A stretch of DNA of 64,000 nt from Euprymna scolopes (lineage: Eukaryota): NCBI GenBank assembly GCA_053919585.1, contig CM132826.1; one strand, written 5' to 3'. Both the position numbers and the translations under genes were made by a program. Below, piece by piece: positions 52,001 through 64,000 of the stretch (position 1 is its first letter; each line of letters opens with the position of its first letter). The notes under the pieces were generated by a model, which was not told where the DNA came from, did not search any database, and was given only the letters and a program-made list of their open reading frames with translations.

Positions 52001-55000
52001 ATGGAAAAATCTATATATCGCAATAAAAGAATTATTTTAACTGAAAAATCTATATATCGTAATAAAAGATGAATTTTAACTGGAAAAATCTATATATCGT
52101 AATAAAAGATGAATTTTAACTGAAAAATCTATATATCGTAATAAAAGATGAATTTTAACTGGAAAAATCTATATATCGTAACAAAAGATTAATTTTAACT
52201 GGAAAAATCTATATATCGTAATAAAAGTTGAATTTTAACTGGAAAAATCTATATATCGTAATAAAAGATGAATTTTACTGAAAACTCTATATACCGTAAT
52301 AAAAGATGAATTTTAATTGGAAAAATCTATATATCGTAATAAAAGATGACTTTTAATTGGAAAAATCTATATATCGTAATAAAAGGTGAATTTTCACTGG
52401 AAAAATCTATATATCGTAATAAAAGTTGAAATTTATCTGGAAAAATCTATATATCGTTATAAAAGATGAATTTTAACTGGAAAAAACTATATATCGTAAT
52501 AAATGTTGAAATTTAACTGGAAAAATCTATATATCGTAATAAAAGATGAATTTTAACTGGAAAAATCTATATATCGTAATAAAAGTTGAAATTTAACTGG
52601 CAAAATCTATATATCGAAATAAAAGAGGAATTTTAACTGAAACATCTATGTATCGTAATAAAAGATGAATTTAAACTGAAAAATCTATATATCGTAATAA
52701 AAGATGAATTTTAACTGGAAAAATCTATATATCGCAATAAAAGATGACATTTAACTGGGAAAATCTATATATCGTAATAAAAGATTAATTTTAACTGAAA
52801 AATCTAAATATAATAATAAAAGATTAATTTTAACTGAAAAATCTATACGTCGTAATAAAAGATGCATTTTAAATGGAAAAATCTATATATCGCAATAAAA
52901 GAATTATTTTAACTGAAAAATCTATATATCGTAATAAAAGATGAATTTTAACTGGAAAAATCTATATATCGTAATAAAAGATGAATTTTAACTGAAAAAT
53001 CTATATATCGTAATAAAAGATGAATTTTAACTGGAAAAATCTATATATCGTAACAAAAGATTAATTTTAACTGGAAAAATCTATATATCGTAATAAAAGT
53101 TGAATTTTAACTGGAAAAATCTATATATCGTAATAAAAGATGAATTTTACTGAAAACTCTATATACCGTAATAAAAGATGAATTTTAACTGGAAAAATCT
53201 ATATATCGTAATAAAAGTTGAAATTTAACTGGAAAAATCTATATATCGTAATAAAAGATGAATTTTAACTGGAACAATCAATATATCGTAATAAAAGATG
53301 AATTCTAACTGGAAAAATCTATATATAGTAATAAAAGATGAATTTTAACTGAAAAATCTATATATCGTAATACAAGTTAAAATTTAACTGGAAAAATCTA
53401 TATATCGTAATAAACAATGAATTTTCACTGGGAAAATCTATATATCGTAATAAAAGTTGAAATTTAACTGGAAAAATCTATATATCGTAATAAAAGTTGA
53501 AATTTTACTGGAAAAATCTATATATCGTAATAAAAGATTAATTTAAACTGGAAAAATCTATATATCGTCATAAAAGTTGAAATTTAACTGGAAAATCTAT
53601 ATATCGTAATAAAAGATTAATTTTAACTGGAAAAATCTATATATCGTAATAAAAGTTGAAATTTAACTGGAAAAATCTATATATCGTAATAAAAGATGAA
53701 TTTTAACTGGAAAAATCTATATATCGTAATAAAAGATGACTTTTAATTGGAAAAATCTATATATCGTAATAAAAGGTGAATTTTCACTGGAAAAATCTAT
53801 ATATCGTAATAAAAGTTGAAATTTATCTGGAAAAATCTATATATCGTTATAAAAGATGAATTTTAACTGGAAAAAACTATATATCGTAATAAATGTTGAA
53901 ATTTAACTGGAAAAATCTATATATCGTAATAAAAGATGAATTTTAACTGGAAAAATCTATATATCGTAATAAAAGTTGAAATTTAACTGGCAAAATCTAT
54001 ATATCGAAATAAAAGAGGAATTTTAACTGAAACATCTATGTATCGTAATAAAAGATGAATTTAAACTGAAAAATCTATATATCGTAATAAAAGATGAATT
54101 TTAACTGGAAAAATCTATATATCGCAATAAAAGATGACATTTAACTGGGAAAATCTATATATCGTAATAAAAGATTAATTTTAACTGAAAAATCTAAATA
54201 TAATAATAAAAGATTAATTTTAACTGAAAAATCTATACGTCGTAATAAAAGATGCATTTTAAATGGAAAAATCTATATATCGCAATAAAAGAATTATTTT
54301 AACTGAAAAATCTATATATCGTAATAAAAGATGAATTTTAACTGGAAAAATCTATATATCGTAATAAAAGATGAATTTTAACTGAAAAATCTATATATCG
54401 TAATAAAAGATGAATTTTAACTGGAAAAATCTATATATCGTAACAAAAGATTAATTTTAACTGGAAAAATCTATATATCGTAATAAAAGTTGAATTTTAA
54501 CTGGAAAAATCTATATATCGTAATAAAAGATGAATTTTACTGAAAACTCTATATACCGTAATAAAAGATGAATTTTAACTGGAAAAATCTATATATCGTA
54601 ATAAAAGTTGAAATTTAACTGGAAAAATCTATATATCGTAATAAAAGATGAATTTTAACTGGAACAATCAATATATCGTAATAAAAGATGAATTCTAACT
54701 GGAAAAATCTATATATAGTAATAAAAGATGAATTTTAACTGAAAAATCTATATATCGTAATACAAGTTAAAATTTAACTGGAAAAATCTATATATCGTAA
54801 TAAACAATGAATTTTCACTGGGAAAATCTATATATCGTAATAAAAGTTGAAATTTAACTGGAAAAATCTATATATCGTAATAAAAGTTGAAATTTTACTG
54901 GAAAAATCTATATATCGTAATAAAAGATTAATTTTAACTGGAAAAATCTATATATCGTCATAAAAGTTGAAATTTAACTGGAAAAATCTATATATCGTAA

Positions 55001-58000
55001 TAAAAGATGAATTTTAACTGGAAAAAACTATATATCGTAATAAAAGATGAATTTTAACTGGAAAAATCTATATATCGTAATAAAAGATTAATTTTAACTG
55101 GAAAAATCTATATATCGTAATAAAAGTTGAAATTTAAATGGAAAAATCTATATATCGTAATAAAAGATTAATTTTAACTAGAAAAATCTATATATCGTAA
55201 TAAAAGTTGAAATTTAACTGGAAAAATCTATATATCGTAATAAAAGATGAATTTTAACTGGAAAAATCTATATATCGTAATAAAAGAGGAATTTTACTGA
55301 ACACTCTATATACCGTAATAAAAGATGAATTTTAACTGGAAAAATCTATATATCGTAATAAAAGTTGAAATTTAACTGGAAAAATCTATATATCGTAAGA
55401 AAAGATGAATTTTAACTGGAACAATCTATATATCGTAATAAAAGATGAATTCTAACAGGAAAAATCTATATATAGTAATAAAAGATGACTTTTAACTGAA
55501 AAATCTATATATCGTAATACAAGTTAAAATTTAACTGGAAAAATCTATATATCGTAATAAACAATGAATTTTCACTGGGAAAATCTATATATCGTAATAA
55601 AAGTTGAAATTTAACTGGAAAATTCTATATATCGTAATAAAAGTTGAAATTTTACTGGAAAAATCTATATATCGTAATAAAAGATTAATTTTAACTGGAA
55701 AAATCTATATATCGTAATAAAAGTTGAAATTTAACTGGAAAAATCTATATATCGTAATAAAAGATGAATTTTAACTGGAAAAAACTATATATCGTAATAA
55801 AAGATGAATTTTAACTGGAAAAATCTATATATCGTAATAAAAGATTAATTTTAACTGGAAAAATCTATATATCGTAATACAAGGTTAATTTTAACTGGAA
55901 AAATCTATATATCGTAATAAAAGATTAATTTTAACTAGAAAAATCTATATATCGTAATAAAAGTTGAAATTTAACTGGAAAAATCTATATATCGTAATAA
56001 AAGTTGAAATTTAACTGGAAAATCTATATATCGTAATAAAAGATTAATTTTAACTGGAAAAATCTATATATCGTAATAAAAGTTGATATTTAACTGGAAA
56101 AATCTATATATCGTAATAAAAGATGAATTTTAACTGGAAAAAACTATATATCGTAATAAAAGATGACTTTTAATTGGAAAAATCTATATATCGTAATAAA
56201 AGGTGAATTTTCACTGGAAAAATCTATATATCGTAATAATAGTTGAAATTTATCTGGAAAAATCTATATATCGTTATAAAAGATGAATTTTAACTGGAAA
56301 AAACTATATATCGTAATAAATGTTGAAATTTAACTGGAAAAATCTATATATCGTAATAAAAGATGAATTTTAACTGGAAAAATCTATATATCGTAATAAA
56401 AGTTGAAATTTAACTGGCAAAATCTATATATCGAAATAAAAGAGGAATTTTAACTGAAACATCTATGTATCGTAATAAAAGATGAATTTAAACTGAAAAA
56501 TCTATATATCGTAATAAAAGATAAATTTTAACTGGAAAAATCTATATATCGCAATAAAAGATGACATTTAACTGGGAAAATCTATATATCGTAATAAAAG
56601 ATTAATTTTAACTGAAAAATCTAAATATAATAATAAAAGATGAATTTTAACTGAAAAATCTATACATCGTAATAAAAGATGCATTTTAAATGGAAAAATC
56701 TATATATCGCAATAAAATTATTATTTTAACTGAAAAATCTATATATCGTAATAAAAGATAAATTTTAACTGGAAAAATCTATATATCGTAATAAAAGATG
56801 AATTTTAACTGAAAAATCTATATATCGTAATAAAAGATGAATTTTAACTGGAAAAATCTATATATCGTAACAAAAGATTAATTTTAACTGGAAAAATCTA
56901 TATATCGTAATAAAAGTTGAATTTTAACTGGAAAAATCTATATATCGTAATAAAAGAGGAATTTTACTGAAAACTCTATATACCGTAATAAAAGATGAAT
57001 TTTAACTGGAAAAATCTATATATCGTAATAAAAGTTGAAATTTAACTGGAAAAATCTATATATCGTAATAAAAGATGAATTTTAACTGGAACAATCTATA
57101 TATCGTAATAAAAGATGAATTCTAACTGGAAAAATCTATATATAGTAATAAAAGATGAATTTTAACTGAAAAATCTATATATCGTAATACAAGTTAAAAT
57201 TTAACTGGAAAAATCTATATATCGTAATAAACAATGAATTTTCACTGGGAAAATCTATATATCGTAATAAAAGTTGAAATTTAACTGGAAAAATCTATAT
57301 ATCGTAATAAAAGTTGAAATTTTACTGGAAAAATCTATATATCGTAATAAAAGATTAATTTTAACTGGAAAAATCTATATATCGTAATAAAAGTTGTAAT
57401 TTTACTGGAAAAATCTATATATCGTAATAAAAGATGAATTTTACCTGGAAAAAACTATATATCGTAATAAAAGATGAATTTTAACTGGAAAAATCTATAT
57501 ATCGTAATAAAAGTTGAAATTTAACTGGAAAATCTATATATCGTAATAAAAGATTAATTTTAACTGGAAAAATCTATATATCGTAATAAAAGATGACTTT
57601 TAATTGGAAAAATCTATATATCGTAATAAAAGGTGAATTTTCACTGGAAAAATCTATATATCGTAATAAAAGTTGAAATTTATCTGGAAAAATCTATATA
57701 TCGTTATAAAAGATGAATTTTAACTGGAAAAAACTATATATCGTAATAAATGTTGAAATTTAACTGGAAAAATCTATATATCGTAATAAAAGATGAATTT
57801 TAACTGGAAAAATCTATATATCGTAATAAAAGTTGAAATTTAACTGGCAAAATCTATATATCGAAATAAAAGAGGAATTTTAACTGAAACATCTATGTAT
57901 CGTAATAAAAGATGAATTTAAACTGAAAAATCTATATATCGTAATAAAAGATGAATTTTTACTGGAAAAATCTATATATCGCAATAAAAGATGACATTTA

Positions 58001-61000
58001 ACTGGGAAAATCTATATATCGTAATAAAAGATTAATTTTAACTGAAAAATCTAAATATAATAATAAAAGATGAATTTTAACTGAAAAATCTATACATCGT
58101 AATAAAAGATGCATTTTAAATGGAAAAATCTCTATATCGCAATAAAATTATTATTTTAACTGAAAAATCTATATATCGTAATAAAAGATGAATTTTAACT
58201 GGAAAAATCTATATATCGTAATAAAAGATGAATTTTAACTGAAAAATCTATATATCGTAATAAAAGATGAATTTTAACTGGAAAAATCTATATATCGTAA
58301 CAAAAGATTAATTTTAACTGGAAAAATCTATATATCGTAATAAAAGTTGAATTTTAACTGGAAAAATCTATATATCGTAATAAAAGAGGAATTTTACTGA
58401 AAACTCTATATACCGTAATAAAAGATGAATTTTAACTGGAAAAATCTATATATCGTAATAAAAGTTGAAATTTAACTGGAAAAATCTATATATCGTAATA
58501 AAAGTTGAATTTTAACTGGAACAATCTATATATCGTAATAAAAGATGAATTCTAACTGGAAAAATCTATATATAGTAATAAAAGATGAATTTTAACTGAA
58601 AAATCTATATATCGTAATACAAGTTAAAATTTAACTGGAAAAATCTATATATCGTAATAAACAATGAATTTTCACTGGGAAAATCTATATATCGTAATAA
58701 AAGTTGAAATTTAACTGGAAAAATCTATATATCGTAATAAAAGTTGAAATTTTACTGGAAAAATCTATATATCGTAATAAAAGATTAATTTTAACTGGAA
58801 AAATCTATATATCGTAATAAAAGTTGAAATTTAACTGGAAAAATCTATATATCGTAATAAAAGATGAATTTTAACTGGAAAAACCTATATATCGTAATAA
58901 AAGATGAATTTTAACTGGAAAAATCTATATATCGTAATAAAAGATTAATTTTAACTGGAAAAATCTATATATCGTAATAAAAGTTGAAATTTAACTGGAA
59001 AAATCTATATATCGTAATAAAAGATTAATTTTAACTAGAAAAATCTATATATCGTAATAAAAGTTGAAATTTAACTGGAAAAATCTATATATCGTAATAA
59101 AAGATGAATTTTAACTGGAAAAATCTATATATCGTAATAAAAGAGGCATTTTAACTGGAAAAATCTATATATCGTAATAAAAGATGAATTTTAACTGTAA
59201 AAATCTATATATCGTAATAAAAGTTGAAATTTAACTGGAAAAATCTATATATCGTAATGAAAGAGGAATTTTAACTGAAAAATCTATGTATCGTAATAAA
59301 AGATGAATTTTAACTGAAAAATCTATATATCGTAATAAAAGATGAATTTTAACTGGAAAAATCTATATATCGCAATAAAAGATGAAATTTAACTGGGAAA
59401 ATCTATATATCGTAATAAAAGATTAATTTTAACTGAAAAATCTATATATCGTAATAAAAGATTAATTTTAACTGGAAAAATCTATATATCGTAATAAAAG
59501 ATGAATTTAACTGAAAACTATATATACCGTAATAAAAGATGACTTTTAACTGGAAAAATCTATATATCGTAATAAAAGTTGAAATTTAACTGGAAAATCT
59601 ATATATCGTAATAAAAGATTAATTTTAACTGGAACAATCTATATATCGTAATAAAAGATGAATTTTCACTGGCAAAATCTATATATCGTAATAAAAGATG
59701 AATTTTAACTGAAAAATCTATATATCGTAATACAAGTTAAAATTTAACTGGAAAAATCTATATATCGTAATAAACGATGAATTTTCACTGGGAAAATCTA
59801 TATATCGTAATAAAAGTTGAAATTTAACTGGAAAAATCTATATATCGTAATAAAAGTTGACATTTAACTGGAAAATCTATATATCGTAATAAAAGATTAA
59901 TTTTAACTGGAAAAATCTATATATCGTAATAAAAGTTGATATTTAACTGGAAAAATCTATATATCGTAATAAAAGATGAATTTTAACTGGAAAAAACTAT
60001 ATATCGTAATAAAAGATGACTTTTAATTGGAAAAATCTATATATCGTAATGAAAGGTGAATTTTCACTGGAAAAATCTATATATCGTAATAAAAGTTGAA
60101 ATTTATCTGGAAAAATCTATATATCGTTATAAAAGATGAATTTTAACTGGAAAAATCTATATATCGTAATAAATGTTGAAATTTAACTGGAAAAATCTAT
60201 ATATCGTAATAAAAGATGAATTTTAACTGGAAAAATCTATATATCGTAATAAAAGTTGAAATTTAACTGGCAAAATCTATATATCGAAATAAAAGAGGAA
60301 TTTTAACTGAAACATCTATGTATCGTAATAAAAGATGAATTTAAACTGAAAAATCTATATATCGTAATAAAAGATGAATTTTAACTGGAAAAATCTATAT
60401 ATCGCAATAAAAGATGACATTTAACTGGGAAAATCTATATATCGTAATAAAAGATTAATTTTAACTGAAAAATCTACATATCGTAATAAAAGATGAATTT
60501 TAACTGAAAAATCTATACATCGTAATAAAAGATGCATTTTAAATGGAAAAATCTATATATCGCAATAAAAGAATTATTTTAACTGAAAAATCTATATATC
60601 GTAATAAAAGATGAATTTTAACTGGAAAAATCTATATATCGTAATAAAAGATGAATTTTAACTGAAAAATCTATATATCGTAATAAAAGATGAATTTTAA
60701 CTGGAAAAATCTATATATCGTAACAAAAGATGAATTTTAACTGGAAAAATCTATATATCGTAATAAAAGTTGAATTTTAACTGGAAAAATCTATATATCG
60801 TAATAAAAGAGGAATTTTACTGAAAACTCTATATACCGTAATAAAAGATGAATTTTAACTGGAAAAATCTATATATCGTAATAAAAGTTGAAATTTAACT
60901 GGAAAAATCTATATATCGTAATAAAAGATGAATTTTAACTGGAACAATCTATATATCGTAATAAAAGATGAATTCTAACTGGAAAAATCTATATATAGTA

Positions 61001-64000
61001 ATAAAAGATGACTTTTAACTGAAAAATCTATATATCGTAATACAAGTTAAAATTTAACTGGAAAAATCTATATATCGTAATAAACAATGAATTTTCACTG
61101 GGAAAATCTATATATCGTAATAAAAGTTGAAATTTAACTGGAAAATTCTATATATCGTAATAAAAGTTGAAATTTTACTGGAAAAATCTATATATCGTAA
61201 TAAAAGATTAATTTTAACTGGAAAAATCTATATATCGTAATAAAAGTTGAAATTTAACTGGAAAAATCTATATATCGTAATAAAAGATGAATTTTAACTG
61301 GAAAAAACTATATATCGTAATAAAAGATGAATTTTAACTGGAAAAATCTATATATCGTAATAAAAGATTAATTTTAACTGGAAAAATCTATATATCGTAA
61401 TAAAAGTTGAAATTTAACTGGAAAAATCTATATATCGTAATAAAAGATTAATTTTAACTAGAAAAATCTATATATCGTAATAAAAGTTGAAATTTAACTG
61501 GAAAAATCTATATATCGTAATAAAAGATGAATTTTAACTGGAAAAATCTATATATCGTAATAAAAGATGAATTTTTACTGAAAAATCTATATATCGTAAT
61601 AAAAGATGAATTTTAACTGGAAAAATCTATATATCGTAATAAAAGTTGAAATTTAACTTGAAAAATCTATATATCGTAATAAAAGATGAATTTTAACTGA
61701 AAAATCTATGTATCGTAATAAAAGATGAACTTTAACTGGGAAAATCTATATATCGTAATAAAAGATGAATTTTCACTGAGAAATCTATGTATCGTAATAA
61801 AAGATGAATTTTCACTGAGAAATCTATGTATCGTAATAAAAGATGAATTTTAACTGAAAAATCTATATATCGTAATAAAAGATTAATTTTAACTGGAAAA
61901 ATCTATATATCGTAATAAAAGATGAATTTAACTGAAAACTCTATATACCGTAATAAAAGATGAATTTTAACTGGAAAAATCTATATATCGTAATAAAAGT
62001 TGAAATTAAACTGGAAAAATCTATATATCGTAATAAAAGATGAATTTTAACTGGAACAATCTATATATCGTAATAAAAGATGAATTTTAACTGGAAAAAT
62101 CTATATATCGTAATAAAAGATGAATTTTAACTGAAAAATCTATATATCGTAATAAAAGTTAAAATTTAACTGGAAAAATCTATATATCGTAATAAACGAG
62201 GAATTTTAACTGGGAAAATCTATATATCGTAATAAAAGTTGAAATTTAACTGGAAAAATCTATATATCGTAATACAAGTTGAAATTTAACTGGAAAAATC
62301 TATGTATCGTAATAAAAGATTTATTTAAACTGGAAAAATCTATATATCGTAATAAAAGTTGAAATTTAACTGGAAAAATCTATATATCGTAATAAAAGAT
62401 AAATTTTAACTGGAAAAATCTATATATCGTAATAAAAGATGAATTTTAACTGGAAAAATCTATATATCGTAATAAAAGATGAATTTTAACTGGAAAAATC
62501 TATATATCGTAATAAAAGTTGAAATTTTACTGGAAAAATCTATATATCGTTATACAAGATTTATTTTAACTGGAAAAATCTATATATCGTAATAAATGTT
62601 GAAATTTAACTGGAACAATCTATATATCGTAATGAAAGATGAATTTTAACTGCAAAAATCTATATATCGTAATAAAAGTCGAAATTTAACTGGAAAAATC
62701 TATATATCGTAATAAAAGATGAATTTTAACTGAAAAATCTATGTATCGTAATAAAAGATGAATTTTAACTGAAAAATCTATATATAGTAATAAAAGATGA
62801 AATTTAACTGGGAAAATCTATATATCGTAATAAAAGATGAATTTTAACTGAGAAATCTATGTATCGTAATAAAATATGAATTTTAACTGAAAAATCTATA
62901 TATCGTAATAAAAGATTAATTTTAACTGGAAAAATCTATATATCGTAATAAAAGATGAAGTTAACTGAAAAATCTATATATCGTAAAAAAAGTTAAAATG
63001 TAACAGGAAAAATCAATATATCGTAATAAACGATGAATTTTAACTGGGAAAATCTATATATCGTAATAAAAGTTGAAATTTAACTGGAAAAATCTATATA
63101 TCGTAATAAAAGTTGAAATTTAACTGGAAAATCTATATATCGTAATAAAAGATGAATTTTAACTGGAAAATCTATATATCGTAATAAAAGTTGAAATTTA
63201 ACTGGAAAAATCTATATATCATAATAAAAGATGAATTTTAACTGGGAAAAACTATATATCGTAATAAAAGTTGAATTTTAACTGGAAAAATCTATATATC
63301 ATAATAAAAGATGAATTTTAACTGGAAAAATCTATATATCGTAATAAAAGTTGAAATTTAACTGGAAAAATCTATATATCGTTATAAAAGATTAATTTTA
63401 ACTGGAAAAATCTATATATCGTAATAAATGTGTAAATTTAAATGGAAAAATCTATATATCGTAATAAAAGTTGAAAATTAACTGGAAAAATCTATATATC
63501 GTAATAAAAGGTAATAAAAGATTAAATTTAACTGGAAAAATCTATATATCGTAATAAAAGAGGCATTTTAACTGAAAAATCTATGTATCGTAATAAAAGA
63601 TGAATTTTAACTGAAAAATCTATATATCGTAATAAAAGATGCATTTTAACTGGAAAAATCTATATATCGCAATAAAAGATGACATTTAACTGGGAAAATC
63701 TATATATCGTAATAAAAGTTGAATTTTAACTGAAAAATCTATATATCGTAATAAAAGATTAATTTTAACTGAAAAATATATATATCGTAATAAAAGATGA
63801 ATTTTTACTGGAAAAATCTATATATCGCAATAAAAGATTAATTTTAACCGAAAAATCTATATATCGTAATAAAAGATGAATTTTAACTGGAAAAATCTAT
63901 ATATCGTAATAAAAGATGAATTTTAACTGAAAAATCTATATATCGTAATAAAAGATGAATTTTAACTGGAAAAATCTATATATCGTAACAAAAGAATAAT
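22100..64000 (+). repeat. Homogeneous 39/40-bp AT-rich satellite array (about 1,050 monomers) with higher-order structure; runs off the window end
   Basis: CTG[G]AAAAATCTATATATCGTAATAAAAGATGAATTTTAA, about 20% GC, no insertions or inversions seen. Confidence 0.99.

Noticed and set aside
22100-64000. CRISPR-like array (repeat length 39-40 bp)
   Set aside because: Monomers are head-to-tail with no unique spacers, there are no cas genes, and the context is eukaryotic TEs
22100-64000. 39 versus 40 bp (G versus GG) as sequencing error
   Set aside because: The pattern is reproduced at exact offsets (2,040, 2,262 and 4,003 bp) across duplicated blocks, so it is mostly real

Overview
Gene-free, AT-rich eukaryotic DNA (probably an invertebrate; this is an inference from the repeat types) that looks like the edge of a large satellite block, possibly pericentromeric or centromeric. 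About 22.1-64.0 kb is one uninterrupted array of roughly 1,050 39/40-bp monomers (CTG[G]AAAAATCTATATATCGTAATAAAAGATGAATTTTAA) with nested higher-order duplications of about 0.74, 0.95, 2.04, 2.26, 4.00 and 6.3-6.4 kb. The first 22 kb is an older, decayed layer of the same ~40-bp satellite in the same orientation. It has spawned local daughter arrays (19, 35 and 60 bp) and carries many insertions: five CR1/L2-type LINE remnants, an IR/DR-type Tc1 (DD34E) element, a hAT MITE with an 8-bp TSD and two Helitron-like elements. I found no intact host gene, RNA gene or CRISPR array; the long ORFs are repeat artefacts or dead TE fragments. I cannot support a novel enzymatic system here. The most interesting signal is the readable record of satellite birth and layered expansion. 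All coordinates and offsets were read by eye.
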